Made by a program: the position numbers and the translations under genes. A DNA stretch of 63,995 bases, counting the filler, from Licmophora abbreviata (taxonomy: Eukaryota): assembly GCA_900291995.1 (NCBI GenBank). It is 13 parts of 13 records of this genome, joined end to end, with 100 filler letters (N's around TTAATTAATTAA, not from the genome) between each part and the next. Parts side by side here need not be neighbours in the genome. Positions count along the whole stretch, not along the records: positions 27,550 to 38,709 come from OLMU01006134.1; positions 38,810 to 41,828 come from OLMU01006135.1; positions 41,929 to 47,834 come from OLMU01006136.1; 10 more parts are not named here. One strand, 5' to 3'. Shown here in pieces: positions 34,901 to 47,934 of the stretch; the first letter of the stretch is position 1, and each line of letters begins with the position of its first letter. The notes beneath the pieces were generated by a model. That model did no database searches. It was not told the origin of the DNA and worked only from the letters and a program-made list of their open reading frames with translations.

Positions 34901-35258
34901 CCAGCTGCTTCTTTGCTTCTCGCTGCGAGCGTAGTTTCCTTAGATCATTCGCATTACGAGGTGAAGATTTGGTGACACCTCCAGTCTCGCTTATCGGTAG
35001 CGACGAGTGCTTCGTGTAGCTCTGTCGACCATGCGTGTCGGTACTCGGCGGGCCAGGGACATCTAGTTGAGGCGAAGGATGTAAATAATTCCCTACGATT
35101 GGAGTCGTATCGTGCAGAGACCAGGATCGATTGCGTCGATGCGGTACCTCTTCGTCATAATGGCGATGTTCTGACGTGCGACTCACCGCACCGTATGTAG
35201 TGCTTGAGTTCCTGGCATCATTGATCGTCCCCAACAACGATTGCTTCTGCTCAGACAT
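31921..35258 (-). CDS. SulP/SLC26-family transporter with STAS and cyclic-nucleotide-binding-like domains, multi-exon
   Basis: YLPMPVVGGYLAFIG, DTNKELTTVG, GFTGSYIFSQT, GTVFFGS and VLDLTQVPSLDASA (STAS), FYMVLQGAV...GGIFG (cNMP-like); GT-AG introns, e.g. 34783-34876. Confidence 0.88.
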
Positions 35259-35930
35259 ATCAATTGAGAAACTGATGAGAGGATAGACTCTCCAGAAGGC
35301 TCGGAGCGTATCGGTTGAGACCAAGATCGTCGCTGCTTGTTGTCGAAAACTTTGAGGCTTGATGTGATGTTTTGAGTTTGGAATTTCAAATTGTGTGGCG
35401 TGTGGAACTACAACCCGGAGTAACAAGTTTGATTCCAGTCCATCTTCAACTTCAAATTCGGTTTCCCGCCAAACTTCCGTTGCCAGCATTCTTGCAATGG
35501 TACAATTACGAGAAGACCTTTGACGATTCATTGGGGTAGCCTTATCGCAGGGCAAAGAACCAGTGAGCTGCATGGATAGGCTTTTTTCAAGAAGTCATGC
35601 TTGCCACCCTGTAGATGTAGTTTCTGAAGAGTTCGCACACCTGGAAAAGGTACGATTACTTGGATACCAGTACTACTAAGAAGCCGTATGCACACACTAG
35701 ATGTCGGTCATGATTCTTTTCCTTGCTCTCAACAACATTATTTGCTACTTCATATGTCCAAGGAAAGCGAATGCGTTTGTGCGTTCTATTTCTATGTTCG
35801 CATGTCGACAACGCACTCGCGGATCCCAAGCGAGCTTTGATACCAGGTACCTGGTAAGCCATCTCCCGTTTGTACAAGCACTTCCCCCTGCCATCCAGAT
35901 TGGGAAGCATTTTTCGTTCGTTTAGAACGT

Positions 35931-38630
35931 TCACCACTTCGTATTCAATTTCACTGCCGAGGTCGGCTTGTCATCCATGCGACTCGAGGCCGTACTAAAG
36001 CTCCCGACTGTGTCTATGATTCCCGGTCGCTCGGCCGAGTTTCCTTTTGCTAGAAGGCTGTTGAAGCGGCGTCCGTTGGAAACCAACTTCGCAGCAGCCT
36101 TGACCTGCACGTCGTTCTGGATCGATCGCTCGATGAGCATACTTTCGGGCAAGTACCGCGCCAGTATGCTCTGTTGCAAATCTTCCTTGATGTCCGATCG
36201 GTACTTGTCGAAGTCCTTCTGGATCTCTCGAACAAGGCTGTTTTGCAGTGATTCTAGTTCGCGCCCCGAACCCTTGTAGCCGCTCGCCTTCAGAGCTTTC
36301 TTCAAGTCATCAATTGCGCCACTGTACAGCGCTTCCAACTTGATATCGCCATCCTTTTGCTTCTCGCTTACAAACGTTTGGAACTGACGGTAGGTCTCGT
36401 TGTCGATATCAAACTTGTTGGTAAGTTGGTGCTCACGGCTCCATTTGGCGGCGAAGTCCGAAAAGACACCAGATCGCACCAGAGTGACTTCGAGTGCGGA
36501 CGCCTTGGGCGCGTCCACCTTGAAGTCAGCCTCGACACCGCCCCCGTCCTTGACTTCTCGACCCAGTCTCGTGTAGAATGTCGAACGATCCTTCTTGGCA
36601 ACTTTGCTAGCCTTGTACCTTCCACCGTCCTCAGAGTCGCCCTCGGAGTAGTTAATGCCCTGAATGCAACGTCCACTCGGGGTGTAGTACTTGGCGACGG
36701 TGTACTTGAGAGCAGTGTCAAACGGCAAGTCCTCGACGTTCTGCACAAGGCCTTTCCCGAAAGTTCTTCCGCTGCCAACAATAACTCCAACGTCCAGGTC
36801 CTGGACCGCTCCCGAAACGATTTCGGCAGCCGAGGCAGTTCCTTCATTGACGAGCACAGCGAGCTTAGTTTTCTGGTCAAGAATAGGATCAACACGACTG
36901 CGATATAGAATCCCTGGAAAGCCGCGACCCTTGGCCGACACAATGTCACTTCCCTTGGGAACGAGCAGGGAGGTAACATCGACTGCCGATGTTAGCAGAC
37001 CACCTGGGTTATCACGAAGATCCAAGACGAGACCCTGTAATGACGCATCACCATTCGACGTTTCCTCTGCAGCCCGCTGCAATGCGATTATGGCAGTTCG
37101 CAGTTCGCGACCAGCATCGGCTGCAAAGCCCGTCAACTGAATGTATCCAATGCCATCTTTAGGATCTCCCAGAAGGGTAGCCAGCTTGACGTCGCGGATC
37201 TTCACCACTGTCCGTGGCATGGTGACACTCTGTATGCCGTCTACGCCTTCACGCTCAAACGAAATGGTCACCTCGGTTCCCGGTTCACCTCTGAGAAAGT
37301 TTCGGACTTGCTCCACGCTGGTTCCGGATTCAATGGACTTGTCGTCGATGGCCAATAGTTTATCACCGACTCGCATCCCATAGTCAAAGGCATACCCCTC
37401 AAAAGCCGACACCACACGAATACCACGGTCCTTGACACGTTCCATCGCACGACGCTGGTAAAGACGGTCCTGTGAAGACAGCAAGTCTTCATCGTCCTCG
37501 TCCTCATCCATCGCAAGCGAGTTGGTCGGAGGTGACGTGTCCGACGATGTAATGTCTTCACTCTCTCGCAACTGGCTGTTCTCCTCTTTAGCATCTTCGG
37601 GCAAGAAGGGACTGTTTTTGAGTGTCTCACCGGGAGACGAAGGCTTTGCTATATTGTCGTTGCTGCTACTACTCGCTGATTTGAGCATAGCCAAGTCTTT
37701 CGGGGTCGCTCCACTTATCACAAGCCCGACCCCTCCATACCTGCCTCCAATTGTCTCACTCAAGTCTTGCGCTTGCTGTTTGCCCTCAAACTCCGTATAG
37801 GGATCGAGGGATCGCAGCATTGCACTCACGCCCGTTTCGAAAAGTTTTTGTGTATCGACTTGATCGACATACCGCTGGTCAAGATCCCCAAGGATCGTTT
37901 CGAACAAAGTCACTGGTTCGGCCAAAGTTTCGACTTGACTGTAGACAGGCACCAGGATAGCGGCAATGGTAATGACAATGCCAGCGACGAAACTCAATAG
38001 GGCGGTGCGGACAGCAGGAAAGAGTTGACTAGCCTTGTCCATAATGATCTCTATGAGTTCGATCAGTCGGGAGGAATCCTGGCCATAATGTCAGCCTTGA
38101 GCTGCGCGAGTCTCGGCGGTAGAGACTCTTTCGGGTCGTCGTCATTGCCACGAGCAGACAGCGTCGTCGAGGTAGTTAAGTGACGTTGGTTGAGAAGTGA
38201 CGACGTTGACCCCCGTCTCTTGCGAACCCTGTGGGTGAGAGATCGGAGGGGGTAACAAGAGACGATTGCGCTGTGAGAAACAGTGCACCCGGCCAGGAAA
38301 CGTCGCGCACAGCACTTGTTCAGCTTTCTCAGTTTCGAATCCTGGAGATTCCAGAATTTCAACCGAATTCACTCAATTTTCCCGAATTCCGACTTACTTG
38401 TCTCCGTTTTGACGATCGGATGGTCCATGTTTGCAAGAGGACATTGCATACATCGACAGACGCAAGGGATCAGCCAAAGAAGAGCCCGCAGTGTCCCGCG
38501 CCGTCGAGCCTGATGACGGGCAAGGACCCACAGATCTGTACGAATTTCGGGAGGGCGGAGCAAATGCATGGCTTCCAGACGCCCACAGGCTAATCAGGAC
38601 TACTCCCAGTACAGGTATTCTCCGTTGCAT
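35931..38630 (-). CDS. S41 carboxyl-terminal processing protease (CtpA/Prc-like) with PDZ domain, plastid-targeted
   Basis: LDPYT, YGGVGL, IGYIQL, LDLRDNPGG, TASAAE, TFGKG. Exon 1 (ATG 38630) is MQRRIPVLGVVLISLWASGSHAFAPP, donor at 38397, acceptor at 38271 or 38229. A 1-nt frameshift near 38066 is needed to join the main ORF. Confidence 0.85.
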
Positions 38631-39216
38631 GTTCAAGTAAGCTCCCATCATGGTCGAATTCTGTGTCAATCTGGCGCCGACAACGGTGGTGGCTCAGTGA
38701 GAAAGAAAANNNNNNNNNNNNNNNNNNNNNNNNNNNNNNNNNNNNNNNNNNNNTTAATTAATTAANNNNNNNNNNNNNNNNNNNNNNNNNNNNNNNNNNN
38801 NNNNNNNNNATGCAGAACGCGGCATCCGTCATCCGTGGCAGCACCACCAAGCTGTTTCAATCACGGCTGGTACTGTTGACACGTAGATTCTACATGAATT
38901 CTGAGAATTCAGTAGCAGACGTCAGATCCGGGTTTGTGTACCTGGTATGAATGCTAGTCTACCGGTATTACTAGTAGAAGGCTTCATCCCAAGTCTGGCC
39001 TCCATCCCCTGTCGACTTGAGGCGTGACGGATAGGTATGATAGCTTCACTGCCCTCTTTACTATTCAAAGTACAATGCTTGATACTTAGCTATCACGTAG
39101 CCCAGGCACCGATGTACACTCAGACTATCAAGTTCAAAGTATTTAGTTTACTACACCGTTTCTTTCTGTACATGTCGCACATACATACGAGCCTCAAAAA
39201 CACACTCGAGTTCAAA

Positions 39217-40325
39217 TTACGCCGACTGCTCTCGTCCAGGCCTTTCGCTGTACTGATGATACAACTCGTCTACATAGTTCTCCCAGGTGAGAGTCGTGGC
39301 TGACGAATACGATCTTGCCCCGCTTCCTGTCAAAGCAGCCTCCTGGTCGTCGGCGGCGCTTCCGTCGATGAGATCCAATAAGCTCGGAGACGACGACCTC
39401 GATTCGTCATAGTGACCCAATGATTGACCAAGCTCGCCTCGTTCGCCGTCTTTGGGGCTGTCGAGTCGTAAAAAGGTCAAGGCAGACCGTGTCGTACTCA
39501 TGCTCACGTTTCGATCCACACCGTATCCCCTTCGCCTTCGCCGATCAGCATCTCGACGAGTCTCGTGTGAAGACTGCGAGTCAGTCTTATACTCATTGTA
39601 CAATTCTTCCGTTAGCTGGTAAGTCTCCAGCACGGTCGCTTCTGTCTGTAGCTTGCTCAGATCGGGGGCATACTTCCGCTGAAGCGTTCGCTCAAAGGTA
39701 TCACTGCCTGGTGCTCTATGCGCACAACTGCTCATCCCCACGCGCTTCTGCGGCATGTGCCCTCGAATCATAGAAGTAAAGCTTCTTCCACAACATCGAA
39801 GCAATGTGTATCGGCTGTGTCGAGAGCATGCTCCCGCAGCACACTGTGCTGAAAGGCGAGCGAGCTGCGATGCTGCTCAAATTCAGTCATGTTGCGTAGC
39901 TTGCTCCACGACGTAGCAGTACACTGATGCACGATCTGCTCGGCGAGTGTGTGCAGAGTCGTACAAGTGCATGCTTTCAACAAGGGGCGAGGAGGTTTCT
40001 TGGTAGTCGTACTGCTGTTGGTGCCCGTGATGATAGGCTGGAGCTTGTCGTCCGTGACAATCGTCTTGGCATGGTACTGAATTTGGACCAAATTGTGATT
40101 CTCGTCAACACTACTTTCGAACCGTACTACGCACCCACAATTGGGTGAGCACTGCTGCCCCCAGGCTCGCATGGAGGTCGACGAAGAGGACGTCGACGAG
40201 GAATTCGTGAGTTTCTCGGTGGCCGAGTCGGCGGAATTCTTCGTTTCGATGGTTGCCTTCTTTTTCCCAAGTTTCGTCGACTTGACTTGCCGAGGAAGTC
40301 TCTTGGCGTGCAGCAGAAATCTCAT
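39217..40325 (-). CDS. Hypothetical protein with a divergent IscU/NifU_N-like Cys pattern, frameshifted at 39778-39780
   Basis: SPNCGCVVRFE ... CTCTTL ... HCFDVVEEA; adding one T joins the two ORFs as EEAFTSMIRGHMP. Confidence 0.5.
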
Positions 40326-40713
40326 CGTGACTCAGGAGCAATTCAGTACGTAGATTTCATCCAAAACATCCATCAAGCAACGATCCTGTGCGATTCGTTT
40401 CTCCTATTCTCCTAGTGAGAAAGAACATCATGTTCCAAGCAATGCTGTGTTGTCACAGAATTTGACACGCGGGTCGATGTGGCGCGCGCCGAGACGTGCG
40501 TCATTTCAAATTTCGTCTGACCTTCCGGCGTTTCTTTGGTTGATGAAAGAGCTCGAAAGCTCGCACCTCTAGCAAAATCGTAAAGATCTTCAACTTGTGA
40601 GAAATCCATCACGGCGTCTGTCGCACAAACATTGCATGGCGGACGACGACCGGCATTGTGTTGGATCGTTATTAGTCTTTTGTGGGTCTTGACGATCCAT
40701 CAGACGTTTCAAT

Positions 40714-42464
40714 ATGCGTGCTATTGAAGTATGTGTGATCCTGGGGAGTCTGACTTCGCAAATTGTACTAGGATTTACGATTTCCCGAGAGTCCCGGCCA
40801 GTTCTTTCCAAATCTGCAAGTTTGACTTCATCTCGGCGCTATCCCGTGTCACGATCGGCCCAGAACGACGGTGACGACGATGAAAGCCAAGCTGCCTCTC
40901 CGTCAGCAGCGGTCGTTCTGCAAAGCGACTCAGCAAAGTCGAAACTGGCGTCGGCATTTACGGCGCTCTCCGAAAACGATCAATACGATGCGGTACTGAC
41001 TGGCCTGTGTGCCAAGATACTAGATGACCAACTATCGAAAGAAGAGGCTTCCGCAGCGTTACAAGACCCGATGTCTTTATTAACAGAAATGAATGGTCGT
41101 AAAGTAAAAGCCTCGGGGCGGAGTCTCATGTCGCTGATTGATGTGAGTACATGTGATGGAGGATGAATGCGATGCACCGGCTTATCAGTCGATCGCGATT
41201 GCCGTGTCGCTTACTAAGCCATACCTGTCCATCTCCTATCATTTGTTTGACTCATCGCAGGCCACAGTTCAGACGCAGGATGTCTATGCAATGACGGGAA
41301 CCCTATCGTTGGGACTGCAGAATGGAGGAATCACCCAATTCGGAACGTTACAGAATGAACTTACACTGCTCCCATCCAACCCCAATACCAAGGTGGCGCT
41401 AGTGGATGGCAGCAGGAAGACGCGTCAAGAGCGGCTCGCTGACCTGCCCGATGTGCCCGTGGACGATCGTGCCAGTGAATTGTCGAGTGCCCTGGCGGCG
41501 AGTGGAGTGGTGGGATTCTGTATCGCGTGCAATGTACTGGGCTTTGATGATGTCACGCCGATCACGAATCTCCTTCTGTCGTTCATCATTGGGGTTGGGG
41601 TGGTAGACAACTTCTACGATGTCATCAAATTTGGAGTCCGTGTCGCGTCGGAGAAAGCAAAGTCCTCGGAAGAGGACGAAGGTGTCAAATTACCAGAAAA
41701 GTCGTCGCTGCCACTCGACTTGGGCTCGGGCAAGCTGACGGGGACAGTTTTGCGGGGATTGACGCGCCTGCTCAGTGTTGATACGGAGCGCGAATGCGAA
41801 TGTGAGGCAGCAGGCTTCTTTGCAGCCTNNNNNNNNNNNNNNNNNNNNNNNNNNNNNNNNNNNNNNNNNNNNTTAATTAATTAANNNNNNNNNNNNNNNN
41901 NNNNNNNNNNNNNNNNNNNNNNNNNNNNACTCGATGGGGTTGCCATGTTTTGCGTTTCGGCCGAATGCACTGGAGGTACGAGTAGCGTGCGAGCATGATT
42001 GTGTGTCCATGCGGTGCCCCGATTGAGCTAAAATGCACTCTTGACGTTCATCCTCGTAGGCCGCCGTGTTGGTCGTGGAGTCGATGAAACCTGCGGAGCA
42101 ACGGGAAGCTTCCAAGGCTTCCTTAGACCCTCTATTATCGGATGCCGGAATCCTGAAGATGCTGGTGTGGCTCATGGCCCCTGTCGCGATGGAATCAAGC
42201 AAGCATGCACAATTGATTGTATCGGACCCAAGAGAATCCGCCGGACTGCTGCAACGATTGGAGGATCGGGCAGAGTTGTTGGGAGAGGACGTTGTTTGGT
42301 GGGTGGGCGATGAAGAGGAGCGAACAGATCTGTTGAAATGGGCCTACGCGGAGTCGGACTTGTTGTTGCGACAAAACAAAGAGGTCGTCAGGGAGCTAAC
42401 GGAACGATTGGCGGGGGGCGCCGCGACTGTAGGCGATTGTGTTGCTGTCATGGAGAGCTGGTGA
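40714..42464 (+). CDS. Probably plastid-targeted membrane protein with a degenerate peptidase M41-like domain, spans a gap
   Basis: Signal + VLGFTI, two TM helices, ERECECEAAGFFAA...GLPCFAF, C-terminal ATVGDCVAVMESW; introns near 41144-41260 and 41976-42059. Confidence 0.55.
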
Positions 42465-42771
42465 GGATGTCTGCCGTCTGTAGGAGCCAGTGGTGACGAG
42501 AAATCTATATTATTCAGGCCTCTTCTCTATTTCGCGTGACAATTTGTCAACTGTTCGACTGAGACCATCTAGCTACAGTTATTAAGGCCCCGTATGGCTT
42601 GATGTCCTAGTGTGTCTAAGCGTTGTCTGGCACAAGGCTTGTCGACTCACTCAGCGAGCATGCCCTGTCTGGACCGGTTACGACATTTGCAAAGAATGTA
42701 GACGATTCTGGTGACCATGAGATGCCCGCAGGCCTCGATCCACCGACCGGTGCAACCTGCAAAAGAAAGTC

Positions 42772-42856
42772 TGCGAACACTGGGGTTCGAACCCAGGCGA
42801 GCTTAGAGCTCAGTGCATCTTAAGTGCACCCCGTTAGACCACTCCGGCATATTCGC
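42772..42856 (-). tRNA. tRNA-Leu(TAA): tRNA-Leu (anticodon UAA), intronless, long variable arm
   Basis: GCGAATA/TGTTCGC acceptor stem, GAGTGGTCTAA D-loop, GTGCA-CTTAAGA-TGCAC anticodon arm, GAGC..GCTC variable stem, CTGGG-TTCGAAC-CCCAG T-arm, discriminator A, downstream TTTCTTTT. Confidence 0.95.
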
Positions 42857-43300
42857 GATGACATCACAGCTGGGAGCACTTTTTGGGTTTATAATCTCTT
42901 CTTTAGGGAATTGAACGTTGTCGAATTCGTTGTTGCAACTATCTTCGAATTACCGAAACGTCGAACTGAGCCGGATTCATTCTTTGGCAGATTATGCAGT
43001 TTTGATTGGATACGATCCTGCACTGGTTTGTGCTGCATCAACAATGGACATTCCGTTTACCAGGTACGGTTGGCGCAATCTTCAAAGATTTCGTTTTCAG
43101 CTTTCCGTGCGCGCGCGCGGTTCGGTCATCCATAAGTAGCAAAGTATCACTCAACGCACGGCGCGCCAAAATTTCGAACATTCTTCTCACAATTCATTCA
43201 TTCACCAAGAGAAACACGATCCATGGCCAGAGCGACGGGACGCACACGGCTCAACTCGTGAAAATCAGCAACCACTCCGCCGAGGCTTGCCTAGCTGACC

Positions 43301-45833
43301 ATGACTCCGAGACCAGGCGCTCCTCCCAGCGAGAGGGAGTCTTTCACATTCAGTCTTCGGCCAGCACATTACGACGACGACGCTTCGATCGATGAATTCA
43401 GTATCCCGGCAAGCTTCAGCATGAACGATTCCGTCATAAGTTCTATCTCCAAGGAGGACGATACGCGGGCTACAGACTGCGCTCATGTTCCGAAACGGAA
43501 TGGTGACGTCGAGGGTGGCGTTCCCCTGGATACGTCGTCACCGTCGAAATTGGCTGATCTCCGAAAGCCTGACAACGATGAATTGTATCGACGTCGGCGC
43601 TATCTCATTATCGGCGGCCTCTTTCTTCTTTTGGCTTTGATTATTATTATTATTGTAGTGATCTTGGTAACAGGTGGAGATTCTGGCGGTGGAGGAACCT
43701 CTCGTGAGCAAGCCTTGTTGGGCTTACTTGAGAAAGTCTCAGACAGTGACTCTTTGGAAATGCCTGGGACACCGCAATATCGTGCAAAGGAGTGGCTCCT
43801 CTATTCCGATTCTCTAGGCTTGACACTCTCCAATTCTGTCTCTGAAGAAAGAATTATTCAACGATATGTCCTGGCTGTGTTTTACTATGCGACGGGCGGT
43901 CCTGAGTCGTGGCGGCCCAACAGCTGGATGGACGGTGAAGAGTGCTTCGGAGTCTTTTGGACAGGAATCAACTGTGACAATGATAACAATATTCGTGCGA
44001 TTGCATTCGGTAAGTAATATGAGCAGGTGGGATCATCTGGCGATTCTGGTACTTCCTATTCTTCTCGGTACATCGACACTGACTAGTCTCGATTGTCCCG
44101 TCCCGTTCTACTCGTTTGTGTCGACGCTGACTCAGACAACTTTGGTCTAAGCGGGCTTGTGCCATCCGAAGTCGGAGCATTGATCAACATGGAAAACTTT
44201 ATTCTAAAAAATAATGCGGGACTAGCCGGTCCCATTCCAGCCACTTTAGGTGGCCTTACAGTTCTGGGTCAACTTGGTTTGTACAATAACGCAATGACCG
44301 GTGGGATACCTCGTGAGCTGTATGATGCGACCAGTTTGAATTACATCAACTTGCAGAACAACAATTTCTACGGCCGATTAGACACACGCATTGAGCAACT
44401 GCAAAATCTGCAGCGCCTCGTGCTCTTCAACAACGATTTCGACGGCGGGATCCCGGTGGAGCAGCTCACGAGAACAAAAATCAAGTTTTTGGGCCTGAGC
44501 AACAACTCGTTCTCTGGGAATATCGACTCGAGAATTGGCGACTTGCCGAGCTTGGAGTACCTGTACTTGGATGGGAACGCATTTCGGGGGTATCTCCCGA
44601 GCACGATTGGCAGACTGAAAAGCTTGCGTGAGTATTGGGTCCTGTCGTCATCGTCTTGACAAGAGCCGTATGAATCTCTTCGTGAACTGACGTCATCTAC
44701 CCCGGTTGTGCTTCTAGGATCCCTCAATATAGACGACAATTCTTTTTCAGGGGAAATACCCAGTGAGATTGGTAGAGTAAGATCTCTTGAGTACGTATCC
44801 ATGATGAAGAACGGTCTATCGTCATCGATTCCGTGGCAAATAGGAAGGCTAACGAACTTAGGTGAGAACAGCGCCCAATGAACCTCCCGAGCATGGTCCA
44901 CATTGTGAGTGATCTCTGTGAGCCTTACAATTTCCTCGAATCGCCCTGCCGTTTTGTTGCAGAAACGCTCAATCTCGCGTCGAACGAGATTTCCGGGAGG
45001 CTTCCCGATCTGTCCAAAATGGATGAGCTCAAGACCCTCCATCTTTACAAGAACATGTTGGACGGCCCGTTGCCTACGACTATTTTTGGTGCCGCAAAGC
45101 TGAGTAAGTGACAGCGACAGCATGCTTCAACATTGTAAATACACATTCGATCACACAATTAATTCGCCAACTGTATCTTTTCAATTTCTTTGCCCGTTCC
45201 AACAGAGGTTTTGTTCCTCAGTTCGAACTTGTTTACTGGTGGCATCCCAGACGAGATCTCGCGCCTTGGGAAAACTCTTGAGGGTCTCTACCTTTCGGAC
45301 AATGACTTTGATGGCTCCATTCCAGATGCTGTGTGTGGACTTGACAGATTGAGTACGTTCCACCAACAGACCTGCGGCTACATGCGCCAATAATTCTGCA
45401 ATCTCACAATTGTAACTGCCACCCCCATTCGCTTTTCTGTCCTTAGAGGCGCTCTTTTTGGATGCGAACAAACTCACGGGCAACCTCCCTTACTGTTTGG
45501 GAGAGCTTTCCAGCATTCAGCAGCTCTATGTTTTCCAGAATAAGCTGGACGGACCGCTGCCATTGGAGCTAGAAGATCTGACCGCGCTTCGTAAGTGTCG
45601 GCAACGAGAAGGGTCCTGGCCGGTTGCATAATATGGTTTCTAACTTTTAATTTCTGCTCACATCAGGTGGACTTGGTCTGGAAGAAAATGATTTCATCGG
45701 GAACGTCCGAGACGGTCTATGCGAGCTCCGGGACTTGACACTCGCGGATCTATGGGCTGATTGCGGTGGCATCCAACCTGATATTGAGTGCACGTGCTGC
45801 ACTGTTTGCTGTCCCTCTGAAGAATGCGTATGA
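43301..45833 (+). CDS. Type II membrane LRR receptor-like protein (plant-type 24-aa LRRs), multi-exon
   Basis: Single TM (YLIIGG...VILV), PQYRAKEWL and QRYVLAVFYYATGG cap, LxxNxLxGxIP repeats, C-terminal ADCGG...ECTCCTVCC, stop at 45831-45833; several GT-AG introns. Confidence 0.85.
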
Positions 45834-46053
45834 TATACTATAAATTCACAAGGTATGAGAATCGGAAGTGGGACGGCAGTTTGAGTTTGCCAGCTATTTT
45901 TCGGCGAGCCTTTTGCAGCTGCGTGGCGATGTATATTTTGCAAGATTTTTTTTCTATCATAGCACTAGACGCTAATAAAACAAACTGTTGCAAACACAGA
46001 TTTCTATGTCTGCTAGTTCGAGAAATTCGGCAATCGCCGCTTTCTAACGCCTC

Positions 46054-47595
46054 CTACGCAACGACACGGTCACTCTCGGGCGGCATTGATCTTTCCCGTC
46101 TATGTCGCTCTTGTCGCAATCGCGCGATACGTTCCTGCATCATTGCCTTGCGATCATTTACCGACAAAACCTTCACGGAATCGCCAGATAAACCAATAGC
46201 GCCACCACGAGTCTTTGTATGTACATTTTTCGAAGCGTTCCAGTGACGACGGTACCAGCTAGAGCTTGACTTCGACGACACACACTGCAGAAGCTGTTCA
46301 TTTGAAAGTATTGAGTACCGCCCCTCGAGTATCTCCAAGAGACCCATTGCATGCCCTAGATTCGTGAACTCACGCGAAGCCAGCTGTTCCCGTAGATCGA
46401 TATGCTCTTGCACGTAGCGATGCAGCATCTTGAATAGGTGTCCCCGCACAATGTTAAACGAGCCTCCGACATGACCCAAGGCGCCGGGCGTTGGCGGGTA
46501 CTGTGCCGCCAGCGTGACATACTCTCTTGCCAGTCGTATTTGCTGATCCAGTAATGCCCGCGGTGACGATAAGTCCTCCGGCGCAAACAGATTGGGGGTC
46601 TCAAGAAGCGCTTCCGACGACATGGCGGCGGACGCGCCCGTATCGCGTACTACGTGCGCCACATCATCAAACGTCTGCATACCACCATTGGCAATCACTG
46701 GGAAGTCCTGAGGTGCCATCTCAATAGCTTGGCGAATCATGTCGACATGGCAAGCGGAAACTTTTGTCTTGTTTTCTTCAAGTGTTCGACCATGGATTGT
46801 CAAAAAGTCAATCTCCGCATTATGAATCAATTTGTCGAGTCTCTCTCGTAGTTCCTGGTGTTGTAGAGATACAGGAAGTCGTATTTTTGCAGACACCTTG
46901 ACGTTCGACGGCAATGACTCTCGTAAATTCAAGAGAATCTCGGTCACAAGATCCACATCTTGCTCCATAAGAAAGGCTCCGTAGCGGCCCTTGCGAGCAA
47001 TCCCTTGAGGGCAACCTAGATTGACATCGAATCCCTGTATTGTGTTGGGGCTACTTTCTTTCAGCAACAGCTGCGCTGCCTGTACCATGGTAGAAGGATC
47101 GTGTCCTGCCAGCTGTACGATGAGAGGTCCACATTCTCCTTCCGAAACCTGACGAGGCGGCGGCAACCCGTACTCTTGGGCTCCGATAATACAATTTTGC
47201 TGCGGGGATAGTAATTCAGGCAGTTCCTCTCCCTCAAGTTTCCCAAAATCCATATGGTTCCGTCGAAATATCGCATCATTCACGACATTGCGAGCATGCA
47301 GCATCTGGGTGAAGCAGAGGTCCGCATTATAGTGTCGAACGAGTCGGCGAAAGGCATAGTCAGAAGCTGCAACCATTGGAGCCATGACTGTTCGAATCGG
47401 TTGGTTATTGATGATAAGTTTGGTCTCATGCTGGTCATGGTGATCGGAGGCCTCGCTGTCTGTCCTGGTCGACACTGACGACATTCGAAAGACATGGCAC
47501 GAGTGCCGATTTCGGACTCTTGACGCTGGCCGCACTAATCTTGTCATTTCAAAGGAGGCACAATTGGATGCTGTTAGGAAAAGAGAAAGAGTCAT
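46054..47595 (-). CDS. tRNA-dihydrouridine synthase, DUS1-like, possibly organellar
   Basis: APMVAASDYAFR, VQLAG, DVNLGCPQGIARKGRYGAFL, KIR, IHGRT, ANGG; start uncertain (47595 or 47655). Confidence 0.9.
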   Translation of the reverse strand: MTLSLFLTASNCASFEMTRLVRPASRVRNRHSCHVFRMSSVSTRTDSEASDHHDQHETKLIINNQPIRTVMAPMVAASDYAFRRLVRHYNADLCFTQMLHARNVVNDAIFRRNHMDFGKLEGEELPELLSPQQNCIIGAQEYGLPPPRQVSEGECGPLIVQLAGHDPSTMVQAAQLLLKESSPNTIQGFDVNLGCPQGIARKGRYGAFLMEQDVDLVTEILLNLRESLPSNVKVSAKIRLPVSLQHQELRERLDKLIHNAEIDFLTIHGRTLEENKTKVSACHVDMIRQAIEMAPQDFPVIANGGMQTFDDVAHVVRDTGASAAMSSEALLETPNLFAPEDLSSPRALLDQQIRLAREYVTLAAQYPPTPGALGHVGGSFNIVRGHLFKMLHRYVQEHIDLREQLASREFTNLGHAMGLLEILEGRYSILSNEQLLQCVSSKSSSSWYRRHWNASKNVHTKTRGGAIGLSGDSVKVLSVNDRKAMMQERIARLRQERHRRERSMPPESDRVVA

Positions 47596-47934
47596 GTTCT
47601 TCCAGATGGTACGTTGATAACTCCGATGCAGTCTACGTCGGCTGTCCGATGGCATGCTCCGGCGATCGACAACGAGACGAAATCTGGTGTCCCTCAAAAT
47701 CTCGGAGGCTTATTTTCTTGGATGGAATCTACTGCACTAGTTTCTGATCATCAAATAAAATCAAACTGAGCATGGAAGTTATATGATAGACAGCAGCTTA
47801 TGCGAAGAAAACAGGAAACGCGCTAAATTCTAAANNNNNNNNNNNNNNNNNNNNNNNNNNNNNNNNNNNNNNNNNNNNTTAATTAATTAANNNNNNNNNN
47901 NNNNNNNNNNNNNNNNNNNNNNNNNNNNNNNNNN

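Noticed and set aside
42772..47595. Functional link between tRNA-Leu and the nearby DUS gene
   Set aside because: Separated by an unrelated gene; proximity alone is not evidence.
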